Assembly: GCA_033764955.1 (NCBI GenBank)
Contig: JANRIL010000029.1
Span: 29,878-93,877, forward strand
Length of the DNA: 64,000 bases
Direction of reading: 5' to 3'
Origin: Cyanobacteriota bacterium
Lineage (GTDB): Bacteria > Cyanobacteriota > Cyanobacteriia > Thermostichales > Thermostichaceae
Numbering within the stretch: the stretch's first letter is position 1; each line of letters opens with the position of its first letter. Made by a program: the position numbers and the translations under genes. Shown here piece by piece: positions 51,844 through 61,695 of this stretch. A model generated the notes under the pieces. It did not search any database and was not told the origin of the DNA. It saw nothing but the letters and a program-made list of their open reading frames with translations.

Positions 51844-54800
51844 ATGGTGTTTTCTAGAGAGACGGTGTTGCGGGGAGAGAGAAATTTGCCTCCAATGGGA
51901 GACTCCCTTTGGTTTAAGGACGCCATCATTTATGAAGTAGCGGTGCGTGCCTTTGCTGATAGTGATGGGGATGGCATCGGCGACTTTCCGGGACTGACCG
52001 GCAAACTGGATTATTTTCAGGAGCTAGGGGTGAGTGCCCTCTGGCTGTTGCCCTTTTTTCCCTCTCCCCTGCGAGACGATGGCTATGACACTTCCGATTT
52101 CACTAATGTCAACCCTATCTATGGATCTCTGGAGGACTTTCAAGCGTTTTTGCAGGCGGCTCATCAACGGAACCTGAAGGTGATCATCGAGTTGATCCTC
52201 AACCACACCTCTGATCAGCATCCTTGGTTTCAACGGGCACGCCGCGCCGCCCCCGGCAGTCCTGAGCGACAGTTTTATGTTTGGAGTGACACCCCTCACC
52301 GTTATTCTGAAGCCCGCATCATTTTTCAGGACTTTGAGACCTCCAACTGGACTTGGGATCCCATTGCCCACGCTTATTACTGGCATCGCTTTTATAGTCA
52401 CCAACCGGATCTCAACTATGACCATCCTGCGGTGATCGAGGCGATGTTTCAGGTGATGGATTTTTGGCTGGATTTGGGGGTAGATGGCCTGCGCCTGGAT
52501 GCGGTGCCCTACCTATTTGAGCGAGAGGGCAGTGATTGTGAAAACCTGCCCGAAACCCACCACCTGCTCAAACAACTGCGGCAGCACATTGACCAGCGCT
52601 ATCAAGATCGCATGTTGTTGGCAGAAGCGAACCAATGGCCTGAAGATGCTGTGGCTTATTTTGGCAAGGGGGATGAGTGTCACATGGACTTTCATTTTCC
52701 TCTGATGCCACGACTGTTTATGGCCGTGCAGATGGAGGATCGCTTTCCCATCATCGACATTTTGAAACAAACCCCAGCGATTCCCGATAACTGCCAATGG
52801 GCAATTTTTTTGCGCAATCACGATGAACTGACCCTGGAAATGGTGACGGATGAAGACCGCGACTACATGTGGCGTATGTATGCTGGGGATCCACAGGCTC
52901 GGATCAACCTGGGCATCCGCCGCCGCCTCGCTCCCCTGCTCGGCAATGATCGCCGCCGCATTGAGCTGATGAATGCCCTGCTTTTTTCACTGCCGGGTAC
53001 CCCCGTTATTTATTACGGGGATGAATTGGGGATGGGGGACAACATTTATTTGGGGGATCGCAACGGGGTACGCACCCCCATGCAGTGGAGCCCCGACCGC
53101 AATGCCGGATTTTCTAGAGCCAACCCCCAGCGATTATTTTTGCCGATTGTGATCGAGGCAGAATATCACTACGAATCGGTGAATGTGGAAGCCCAACATA
53201 GCAATCCCAATTCCCTTTGGTGGGCGATGAAGCGGCTGATGGCCGTGCGGAAGAAGTTTTTGGCCTTTGGACGCGGATCGTTTGAGGTGCTGCACCCTGC
53301 TAACCGCCAGGTATTAGCCTTTATGCGGGTTTATCACTCTGCATCCAGGGCGGAAACGATTTTGGTAGTGGCTAATCTTTCCCATCATGTGCAATGGGTA
53401 GAGCTGGATTTGTCCGCCTACGAAGGGTGGATCCCGGTGGAAATTTTTGGGCGGAAGGAGTTTCCCCCCATCGGTTCTTTACCCTATCTGCTCAGTCTGG
53501 CTCCCCATGCCTTTTATTGGTTTGAGTTGCGATCCCAATCTCTAGGGGTGGGTTGTCCAGCCAACCTGCATCGCTCCCTGCCATCCTTGCAGGTGAACCA
53601 TACCTGGAGTGAGATCACCCGTGGAGCCGCTCGCCAAACTCTGGAGGCGATTTTACCGGATTATCTGTGCGGATGTGCTTGGTTCGCGGGTAAAAACCGC
53701 CGCATAGAAACGGTAGCGGTACAGGATGGGATCCCTTTGGGACGAGCTGACCAACAGATCCAGATCACCCTGATCTGCGTGGAATTTGCGGTAGGACCAG
53801 CCCAAACCTATGTGCTGCCCCTGGCCTGGGCCACCGGAGATCATGCCCAAATCCTGCAACGGGATCATGCTGAGGCGGTGATCGCCCATCTCAGCTTTAT
53901 CCTGACGGATACTCCCCACGGCATTCTCTACGATGCCCTAGCGGATCCCGCCTGTTTGTCCTTACTATTGGCCTCCCTCGACCAGCCTCTTCCCAACCAG
54001 GGATCCCATGGTCGCTGGGTGGCCACTCCTACCACATCGCTCCCCGTTTGGCTGGCGGAGCATGGGGAGGTACAGTCCGCCCCCCGCAAACCTAAGCCAA
54101 GCCACACCACAATTGTCTATAGCCCGCTCCCTAACTCACCTAACGAGGGAGGATCCCCTGACCCCATCATTCTCAAGTTATTTCGACAGGTGGAAGGGGG
54201 GATTAATCCCGAACTGGAAGCCGCTCGTCATCTGGCGATGGCACCGGAGGGGTTCCCACATGTGCCTGCTCTGCTGGGCTATTTTGAATACAAACCCTTC
54301 CGCCCCAAGCCTGGATCCAATCCAGAGGAGATGCCTTTTACCTTGGGTCTGCTGCAAACTTTTATTCCCAACGAAGGAGAGGCGTGGAGCTACACCCTTG
54401 ATCATCTGCAAAACTTTTTTGAAAATATCTTGGTTTATCACCCCCATCACGATCCGATCTTGATGCAGCAGGGATCCCTGCTGGGGGGGAGTCATCCGCC
54501 CGCCCATTTCCTTGGACAAGAAAGCACGGCTGCCTATTTAGAATCCACCCGTCTGTTGGGGTTGCGTACGGCTCAACTGCACGAGGCTTTGGCTGGCGGG
54601 GGGGATGCTGGGTTTGCTCCAGAGGCATTTTCTAGCCACTATCAACGCTCCCTTTATCAGTCGATGCGGAACCTCTGGGGACAGGTTCATCCGCAACTGC
54701 AATCCCAGCAGTCCCAAATGTCTTCCTGCCAGCAGGCACTTGCCCGCCAGGTTTTGCAACAAGATGAGTTGATCTATCAACGGTTCCGCCGACTTTTTGA

Positions 54801-55302
54801 TCACAAAATCCAGGCGATGCGGATTCGTTGTCACGGGGACTTTCACCTCAAACAAGTGCTGTTCACGGGCAAAGACTTTGTGATCATCAATTTTGCAGGG
54901 GATCCCACCCGCCCATTGAGTGAGCGCAAGCTAAAACGGGTGCCGCTGCGGGATGTGGGGGGAATGCTTTACTCCTACCACTGCGCCGTTCAAAAAGCCC
55001 TCAACCTGCAACAGGAGCGGGGTTTGATCGACGCCACCAATCGGGAGCTGATGCAGGAGTGGGGCAGGGTTTGGCAAGAGTGGGTGGGAGCCACATTTTT
55101 GCAGAGTTATTTGGCCTACCCTGGGTTAGCTCCGCTGTTGCCCCCAGACCACTTATCCCTTCAGATCCTTTTGGATGCCTATCGCCTCGAAAAAGCCATC
55201 GCGGATTTGGGTTATCGGTTGGAGCATGAATGGGGAGAGGAGGATATAGGGATCCCGCTTCAGGGGATTATTGATGTTCTGTCCCAGGGACAGAGCATTT
55301 AG
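51844..55302 (+). CDS. treS: trehalose synthase TreS fused to a maltokinase-like domain
   Basis: WFKDAIIYE, DGLRLDAVPYL, AEANQWPED, FLRNHDELTLEMVT; C-terminal LKLFR....G.NPE.E, RCHGDFHL.QVL; start may be 51895. Confidence 0.95.
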   Translation: MVFSRETVLRGERNLPPMGDSLWFKDAIIYEVAVRAFADSDGDGIGDFPGLTGKLDYFQELGVSALWLLPFFPSPLRDDGYDTSDFTNVNPIYGSLEDFQAFLQAAHQRNLKVIIELILNHTSDQHPWFQRARRAAPGSPERQFYVWSDTPHRYSEARIIFQDFETSNWTWDPIAHAYYWHRFYSHQPDLNYDHPAVIEAMFQVMDFWLDLGVDGLRLDAVPYLFEREGSDCENLPETHHLLKQLRQHIDQRYQDRMLLAEANQWPEDAVAYFGKGDECHMDFHFPLMPRLFMAVQMEDRFPIIDILKQTPAIPDNCQWAIFLRNHDELTLEMVTDEDRDYMWRMYAGDPQARINLGIRRRLAPLLGNDRRRIELMNALLFSLPGTPVIYYGDELGMGDNIYLGDRNGVRTPMQWSPDRNAGFSRANPQRLFLPIVIEAEYHYESVNVEAQHSNPNSLWWAMKRLMAVRKKFLAFGRGSFEVLHPANRQVLAFMRVYHSASRAETILVVANLSHHVQWVELDLSAYEGWIPVEIFGRKEFPPIGSLPYLLSLAPHAFYWFELRSQSLGVGCPANLHRSLPSLQVNHTWSEITRGAARQTLEAILPDYLCGCAWFAGKNRRIETVAVQDGIPLGRADQQIQITLICVEFAVGPAQTYVLPLAWATGDHAQILQRDHAEAVIAHLSFILTDTPHGILYDALADPACLSLLLASLDQPLPNQGSHGRWVATPTTSLPVWLAEHGEVQSAPRKPKPSHTTIVYSPLPNSPNEGGSPDPIILKLFRQVEGGINPELEAARHLAMAPEGFPHVPALLGYFEYKPFRPKPGSNPEEMPFTLGLLQTFIPNEGEAWSYTLDHLQNFFENILVYHPHHDPILMQQGSLLGGSHPPAHFLGQESTAAYLESTRLLGLRTAQLHEALAGGGDAGFAPEAFSSHYQRSLYQSMRNLWGQVHPQLQSQQSQMSSCQQALARQVLQQDELIYQRFRRLFDHKIQAMRIRCHGDFHLKQVLFTGKDFVIINFAGDPTRPLSERKLKRVPLRDVGGMLYSYHCAVQKALNLQQERGLIDATNRELMQEWGRVWQEWVGATFLQSYLAYPGLAPLLPPDHLSLQILLDAYRLEKAIADLGYRLEHEWGEEDIGIPLQGIIDVLSQGQSI

Positions 55303-55386
55303 AGCGATAATTACGATGCAGCCTTACCTAGCGGAAACATCTAGCAGAAAGGCTAACACCTACCCTATCTACGCTTTGCATTCATC

Positions 55387-56502
55387 ATGAGTGACGCGGC
55401 TTTCTCCAATTCCCCCCTATCGACGGGTTCATCGCCTACGGATAGCCCTGAACTGGCCGAGATCCTGGGCAAACTGCGACGCAAGGAGGGATCCTGGGTA
55501 GAGTGGGGCAAAGGCTGCCAACACCTACAAAAGGCGGGATATACCCCCCAAGCCATCTTTGAAGCCACCGGATTTGAACCCATCCAACAAAATCAGATTG
55601 TAGTGGCAATGCAGGTATATGAAGGGATCCGCAGCATCGGCGCACCGCCCGAAGTGCTGGAGCATTTTGGGCGTAAAGGCAGCGATATTCTCTATGAGTT
55701 TCGGGTGTTGACTCAAGGTGAGCGCCCTCTGGCCGCTGAATGGGTATTACTCAAACAACTGGATGTGGATGATGCCCGTGAGATGGCGCGGGCGGCCAAA
55801 TATTTTGCCCAACTACGCAGCCTACCGGAGGGGTTTACGGAGCATCCCGGCGATGCGGTGGCCTTTCAAGCTTGGCGACTGGCTCAACAAACCGCCGATC
55901 TACAAGAACGCTCCCGCTTGATTGCCCGTGCCCTCAAGTTTGCCCACAGCAGCACCGCCCGCCAAAAGGTAGAACTGTTGCTCACGGATTTTAGCCTGGT
56001 ACCGCGTCGCCCCGCCCCCCGCCTCTCGGTCTATCGCCTAGAATCCGCCGATGAATTGCCACGAGTCTTGCCTGTGGTGGGTCAACTTCCCCTCAGCAAG
56101 GCTGATCTTCAGTCCGTGCCTGTGATCACACCGACTACCCCGTTTCGCCTGGTGCAGTTTTCCGGATCCGGGATGTGGGTGGGGATCCCTGGCTGGCAGA
56201 CGATTCTGGCTGCCGAGGATCCGGTGGTGATTTTGTATAGTGCCCAACAACTAACTGCCATTCGGGATATTTCGGTTGTCCTGCTAGACGAACAGGAGAT
56301 GGTGTTGCTGGTTTTGGATCGAGCCGACCGCCAATGGCAGACCGACAGCTATTTTGTGTTGGAAGGTCGCAACGGAGTGGAGGTGGACTGGTTTGAAGAA
56401 GCACCTGAGCTTCCTCTCCTAGGGCGGGTGTTGATGATCGTGCGTGCCCCCCATATTTTGGATGAACACCTAACTAAGGATCCCTGGCAAATTGATGAAT
56501 AG
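55387..56502 (+). CDS. raf1: Rubisco accumulation factor 1
   Basis: LRRKEG.WVEWG..C..LQK.G..PQ.IFEATGFEPIQQNQ, GDAVA, C-terminal WQIDE. Confidence 0.93.
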   Translation: MSDAAFSNSPLSTGSSPTDSPELAEILGKLRRKEGSWVEWGKGCQHLQKAGYTPQAIFEATGFEPIQQNQIVVAMQVYEGIRSIGAPPEVLEHFGRKGSDILYEFRVLTQGERPLAAEWVLLKQLDVDDAREMARAAKYFAQLRSLPEGFTEHPGDAVAFQAWRLAQQTADLQERSRLIARALKFAHSSTARQKVELLLTDFSLVPRRPAPRLSVYRLESADELPRVLPVVGQLPLSKADLQSVPVITPTTPFRLVQFSGSGMWVGIPGWQTILAAEDPVVILYSAQQLTAIRDISVVLLDEQEMVLLVLDRADRQWQTDSYFVLEGRNGVEVDWFEEAPELPLLGRVLMIVRAPHILDEHLTKDPWQIDE

Positions 56503-56898
56503 GTAGCACTTGACCAGGTAAAGATGTCATGGATCAGAGTTTTTCCAATTAGATGAAATGGTCTTGATCTGTTGTTTTGATTGTTAATCTTGACCGGCTG
56601 TTAAGTTTGGAAATATTGCCTTTGAAAAACAAAGATACCGTTGCCATTCCTGTCATGGGACAAGTTACTGCTGATGCGAACGTCAGTTTGTCATCGAACC
56701 ACGGATCCCTTCATCACCATAGTGAGTCATGACTTGTCTAGGGCTACCTGAGTGGCTTCAGAGATTTATTGAAACTCGCGCCACTTCTTGAGTATTCTAC
56801 AACGCATATCCATTTTCATTTGATTTTTACCACCTACGCTGAAAAGGGTAGCTCACGATAGGCTCTTAACAGGCATCGTTTTGGCAACGAGGTAGGAT

Positions 56899-58305
56899 AT
56901 GGCAAAGTCTCCACCCCCCATTGTTTATATTTTCTTGGTGTTGCTCCTGGGAGGTGGGGGTTGGTATTTCTATCGTTCGGGATCCCTATCCCTGCCCACA
57001 ATTTCTCTGCCTTGGGGAGGAGGAGTCAATACCCTGAGCGATGGGGAGAAGGTGTTGTTGCCGGATCCCCAAAATCCTAGTAAGGTGGCGGCGGCTGAAC
57101 TGATCAAACAAGGGAATTTGGCAGCGGCAATCCCCGTTTTACAAGCAGCAGTACAAGCGAATCGCAACGATCCCGAAGCCCTCATCTATCTCAATAACGC
57201 GCTGGCTGAGCAGCAGGGGGATCCCTTGGTATTGGGGGTTGCCGTACCCATCTCGACGAATCCCGACCGCGCCCGTGAAACCCTGCGGGGAGTCGCCCAA
57301 GCCCAACAGCAGTTTGCCCAAAAAGGAGGAGTCCAAAACCGCCTGTTGCAGGTGGTAGTCGCGGATGATGGAGATAATCCCAATCAAGCCAAGGCGGTTG
57401 CCAGTGCTTTTATCCGGCGGAAGGATGTTTTAGGGGTGCTGGGTCATAGCTCTAGTCAGACTGCTTTGGCGGCGGGGCCACTCTATCAGGAGTCGCCGTT
57501 AGCCATGATTTCGTCAACTAACACGAGCACCGAGATTAGTGCTTTGGGAGACGCTATTTTTCGCGTTGTCCCCTCCGATCAAATTGCCGGAACCCAATTG
57601 GCGCGCTATGCCCTTAACCAACTTCGAGCCAAATCGGTGGCCATTTTCTACAACGCCCAAGATGCCTATAGCAATAGTCTGCGGAATGCTTTTTCGACGA
57701 CCATCCTGACGGAAGGGGGGCAAATTGCTGGGGAGTATGACTTGGCTCAGTCGGGTTTTGCAGCGACAACAGCTCTCCAGGCGGCGGTAGCGGCGGGATC
57801 CCAGGCTGTGTTTTTGGCTCCCAATGGAGCAACGGCTCCCCAATCTCTGGAGGTGGCACGCGCCAATGCCGCCTTATCAAAGCGATTGCCACTGCTGGGG
57901 GGAGATGTCCTGTTTAGCTTCACCACCCTCAAAGAAGGGGGATCCGCCGTGCAGGGGTTGGTGGTGGCGATCCCCTGGCATCCTTTACTACCCGGCAACC
58001 GAGCTTTTGCTCAACGGGCTGAACAACAGTGGGGTGGACAGGTGAGTTGGCGGACGGCGCTGGCCTACGATGCTACCCAAGTTTTCTTAGCGGCCATCAC
58101 TCGTTCCGGTAGTGCTATCAGCCGCGAGGCTATTTTGCAGGCGTTGAATGCCCCTAACTTCAGTGTCACAGAAACCGCCTCTGGACCGATCCGCTTTTTG
58201 CCGTCGGGGGATCGGGAAGGTTCCAATATTTTGGTGCAGGTGAAGCCAGGGCAGCGATCAGGGACAGGATTTGACTTCATCCCTTTGTCGACGGTTCCCC
58301 AGTAG
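56899..58305 (+). CDS. branched-chain amino acid (LivJ/ANF-type) binding protein with N-terminal anchor and TPR-like helix
   Basis: NDPEALIYLNNA, LRGVAQAQ, VLGH.SS, FRVVPSD, VSWRTALAYDA. Confidence 0.85.
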   Translation: MAKSPPPIVYIFLVLLLGGGGWYFYRSGSLSLPTISLPWGGGVNTLSDGEKVLLPDPQNPSKVAAAELIKQGNLAAAIPVLQAAVQANRNDPEALIYLNNALAEQQGDPLVLGVAVPISTNPDRARETLRGVAQAQQQFAQKGGVQNRLLQVVVADDGDNPNQAKAVASAFIRRKDVLGVLGHSSSQTALAAGPLYQESPLAMISSTNTSTEISALGDAIFRVVPSDQIAGTQLARYALNQLRAKSVAIFYNAQDAYSNSLRNAFSTTILTEGGQIAGEYDLAQSGFAATTALQAAVAAGSQAVFLAPNGATAPQSLEVARANAALSKRLPLLGGDVLFSFTTLKEGGSAVQGLVVAIPWHPLLPGNRAFAQRAEQQWGGQVSWRTALAYDATQVFLAAITRSGSAISREAILQALNAPNFSVTETASGPIRFLPSGDREGSNILVQVKPGQRSGTGFDFIPLSTVPQ

Positions 58306-58390
58306 CCTTGTGGATCCCTGTTTGGCATTTCAACGGCTAAGCTGGCTACAATTTGCTTGGATTCACTACCTCTTCTTCTAGCGTTTTGCT

Positions 58391-59425
58391 ATGGCTTCCC
58401 CCTCTGGCCCCCCTCCCATCGTCTATATCCTGACTTTGTTTCTGCTGGCCGGAGGTGGCTGGTATGCCTACCAACGAGGGTTAATTCCTGGACAAAACCA
58501 AGAGCAGGGGACGGCTCCAGCCACTTCTAGCCCGCCCTCTAGCCCGCCAACCAACACGAGCGTTTCCACAAGTAACAGCACCTCCACCAGCACCTCCGCC
58601 AGCGGGGGACCCGTGGCTATTGCTCCCTCCGCCCTCAATACCAGCTTGCCGGATCCCAGTGTGATTCAGATGGATGGCAGTGTGACGATGGTCAAACTGA
58701 TCCAAGGGCTGCGGGCGGCCTATGGACAAAAATATCCCAATCTACCCACCACCTACGGGATCCCGGATGGTAAGCCCAACGGATCCAACAAAGGGTTAGA
58801 GGGGCTGTTAAACAATACGGTGCAAATTGCCGCCACCTCTCGTCCCCTCAGGGCTAACGAAGCCCAAGCCGGGATCCAGGCGATTCCGATTGCTAAGGAT
58901 GCCCTGGCTGTGGTGGTAGGGGTGAATAATCCCTTTCAGGGAGGGCTAACCATGACCCAACTGGCGGATATCTACAAGGGCAAAATCACTAACTGGTCAG
59001 AGGTGGGCGGAAGCAATACCCCGATTAAAGTGCTCAACCGTTCTCCCAACAGTGGCACGCAGGATCTTTTCAAAAGTGTTGTCTTATTGGGGGATAACTT
59101 TGCCCCAGATGGCCCCAATTTCACCACTTTTCAGGAGGATGTCACCACGCCGATTTTGCGGGCGCTAGAAAGTAACGGAATTGGTTATACAACTGTCGCG
59201 CAAGCCGTCAACCAAAAAACCGTGCGGATTGTCCCGATTGATAACCAAATGCCCACCGATACCACCGCCATTCAATCGGGATCCTACCCAATCAGTCGCC
59301 ATGTCTTTTTGGCGGTTCCGTCTCAAACCAGTCCCGCTGCCCGTAATTTTATCGAGTTGGCGCTCTCCCCCCAGGGACAGCAAATTGCTACTCGTTCGGA
59401 GTTTATCCCCTTGTTAGACCTCTAA
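58391..59425 (+). CDS. PstS-like (PBP2) substrate-binding protein
   Basis: DGS.TM, GSNKG, AATSRPL, IAKDAL.VVV...NP, IY.GKITNWSEVGG, NRS..SGT, YPISR. Confidence 0.85.
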   Translation: MASPSGPPPIVYILTLFLLAGGGWYAYQRGLIPGQNQEQGTAPATSSPPSSPPTNTSVSTSNSTSTSTSASGGPVAIAPSALNTSLPDPSVIQMDGSVTMVKLIQGLRAAYGQKYPNLPTTYGIPDGKPNGSNKGLEGLLNNTVQIAATSRPLRANEAQAGIQAIPIAKDALAVVVGVNNPFQGGLTMTQLADIYKGKITNWSEVGGSNTPIKVLNRSPNSGTQDLFKSVVLLGDNFAPDGPNFTTFQEDVTTPILRALESNGIGYTTVAQAVNQKTVRIVPIDNQMPTDTTAIQSGSYPISRHVFLAVPSQTSPAARNFIELALSPQGQQIATRSEFIPLLDL

Positions 59426-59559
59426 GTTACTTGTGGGAGCATACTAAGAGGCGGATGTCTGGGATGCACTACTGAGCCAATCTGGATAATATGTAGAATA
59501 GAGGCATGACATCTTCCAGAAGCTGGGCTGAAAACCGTAGAAAAGTGTATGCAAATTTC

Positions 59560-60091
59560 GGTAGTGCCCCTCGAGTAATGATATAGTCACTCCAAATAAG
59601 AATGCGACCGCCTAAATCTTGATATCCAAGCTTTGAGAGATTTTGGGATTCTCAAACTAAGTTGGAATGACTATACAGCAACCCTAAGTAAGATGTGAGA
59701 AGATTTTCCCCCTCTCCTTGCGGGAGAGGGGCTAGGGGTGAGGGCGGTTCACGGATCAAATAGGGTTGCTGTAGTACGAAAAGATTATGGAACAGACTGC
59801 TAAAAGTCTGGAAAAATAATAGTAATTTCTATACTGACTGATTTCTGGGAAACTTATCAAAAAGTTATTCCTGAAAATCAGCATGAAGCTGTTGATAAAG
59901 AAACAGGGAAAACATCTCTGATTGTTCGCATAGCTTGGCGTAGCCATAACGATTAAACAATACTCTTAGACAGCGGATTGGAAGGCTAGTTAGAAAAACT
60001 TTCTCCTTTTCCAAAAAGCTGGAGAACCCTACTGGCATGATCTTCAACTTCTTGCACCACTACAATCCATCATTACTTGCATAGGACTACC
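59560..60091 (+). mobile_element. degenerate IS1-family element with transposase (InsB-like) pseudogene
   Basis: imperfect 21-bp TIRs GGTAGTGCCCCTCGAGTAATG (59560-80) and rc GGTAGTCCTATGCAAGTAATG (60071-91); broken frames encode FYT.DFWETY..VIP..QH.AVDKETGKT and RLNNTLRQRIGRLVRKTFSFSKK. Confidence 0.85.
59674..59773. mobile_element. MITE-like 100-bp element nested in the IS1 remnant
   Basis: TA-CAGCAACCCTA...GTGA and TCAC...TAGGGTTGCTG-TA terminal inverted repeats; internal CCCCTCTCC-ttgcg-GGAGAGGGG hairpin. Confidence 0.65.
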
Positions 60092-60395
60092 AATGACCCG
60101 ACCCTGGCTTCCAGAAAAGATGATAAAGCCTGAAGCCCCTTTCCCGTGGATGTTTTTAACTTATAAGGATTGACCCCACTCTACTGCTCTCGCTGTTCCA
60201 TCTTTCTTTTCTTGCCTTGATCCTCACCACTAGATTTAAGATCCTTAACACGTTGATGAGCAAAATTCATCGCCGTTGTGTAGCAACAGGCAGGCTAAAA
60301 TCACAACGATCCAGTCAGGATCCAACCGTGGGTTAGGCGAGGGATCCCTTCTCTCCCCCATCTCTCTAACCGCAATTACAAGGAGTCCAGACATC

Positions 60396-61670
60396 GTGGC
60401 AGGCAAAAGTAGTGGGATGGTCAGTCCGGGCATCATTGTCAGTGCCCTGCTTAGCTTGGTTGGGCTACTGGTTAGCGGTGGGAGCTGGCTGTGGCAACCG
60501 GATGGTCGAGAATTGGCCGGAACCGGATTTTGGGTGAGTGGGGGATGGTTGTTCACCACCTTGGCTTTGTGGATACAAACCCGTCCACGGGATCAACTGT
60601 GGCTGGAGCCTTTGCCCTGGAGTCTCAAGATGGATCAATCCGATCAATGGATCTTGACGGCTCCGTTTGTTGCCAAAAATCTCAACCCTGCCCTAGAAGT
60701 GACCTTAGCGGAAGTGCATCCTCAAGTGCGTCTATTGAGCGAGGGATCCCTCTCCGGCATTCACACCCACATACACCTACGCTCCCGCCACGCCGACGCG
60801 GAGAACCGTGCCGATGATTATTGGCAGGCTTACATTCTCTCTCCCCAATCGGAAACCTACTTAGAAGTAGAGGTGACCATCACCGGATCTAACCTGACGG
60901 AGCTGCAATCCCTACGCCTCGATCTCCACTATGTCCAATATGGCCGACAACAGCGCACCCCCAAGACCACTTATCTGATTGTCCCCTTACAAAAAGTGCC
61001 TCTCCCCAGTCAACCTCTGTGGCGTTCAGTGGCAGATGAATTGAAGGTGTTGGCAATTCGCACCCATTTGTTGACCCCTGCCGATGACTTGGGAGAGGTG
61101 ATCGAGCAATATGTCAAGCCCTGGGCGCAAGCGGGAGACATCGTGGCGATTTCTGAAAGTGCTGTGGCTGTGGTGCAGGGACAGTTTCGCCATCCCAGCC
61201 AGATGCGTCTGGGGTGGGTTGCCCAACGCCTATGTTATGCGTTTCCCTCCAAAACCAGCCTTTCCAGCGCTTATGGGCTGCAAACTCTGATTGATAGCTC
61301 CTCGGCCTGGCGGGTGGTGGCAGCCTTTCTGCTGGGATCTCTAGGCAAAGTCATCGGGATCCCTGGGGTGTTTTATGCCCTAGCTGGAGAACAGGCGGAT
61401 CTGATCGATGATGTGACCGGATCGCTGCCTCCCTACGACCAGTTCATTGTTTTGGGGCCGAAGGATGCCGCTGCTCTCGTCAAGAGCTTGGGATCCCGCA
61501 CTGGGCAAGCGATTACGATTGTTGATGCCAACGATTTAGGGGGGGTCAAACTGCTGGCGGCTACCCCGGAGGTAAATCCTGAGCAGGTGAAGCAGGCTCT
61601 GCGTAAAAATCCGGCGGGCAATTCGGCAGAACAAACCCCGATTGTTTTGATCCGTCCTCAGGCTGCTTAA
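60396..61670 (+). CDS. F420-0:gamma-glutamyl ligase (CofE)-like protein with N-terminal membrane segment
   Basis: IRTHLL, GDIVAISES, IDDVTGSLPPYDQFIVLGP, IVDANDLG, NPAGN..EQTPIVL; AGGAG SD before GTG 60396. Confidence 0.82.
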   Translation: MAGKSSGMVSPGIIVSALLSLVGLLVSGGSWLWQPDGRELAGTGFWVSGGWLFTTLALWIQTRPRDQLWLEPLPWSLKMDQSDQWILTAPFVAKNLNPALEVTLAEVHPQVRLLSEGSLSGIHTHIHLRSRHADAENRADDYWQAYILSPQSETYLEVEVTITGSNLTELQSLRLDLHYVQYGRQQRTPKTTYLIVPLQKVPLPSQPLWRSVADELKVLAIRTHLLTPADDLGEVIEQYVKPWAQAGDIVAISESAVAVVQGQFRHPSQMRLGWVAQRLCYAFPSKTSLSSAYGLQTLIDSSSAWRVVAAFLLGSLGKVIGIPGVFYALAGEQADLIDDVTGSLPPYDQFIVLGPKDAAALVKSLGSRTGQAITIVDANDLGGVKLLAATPEVNPEQVKQALRKNPAGNSAEQTPIVLIRPQAA

Positions 61671-61695
61671 GGGATGGGGGTGGGTTATGCTTTGA

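Noticed and set aside
56503..56898. Possible riboswitch or sRNA in the ~400-bp spacer
   Set aside because: No recognisable family motif by eye; a covariance search would be needed
59756..60047. Two minus-strand ORFs (63 and 60 aa)
   Set aside because: Antisense to the IS1 transposase fragments
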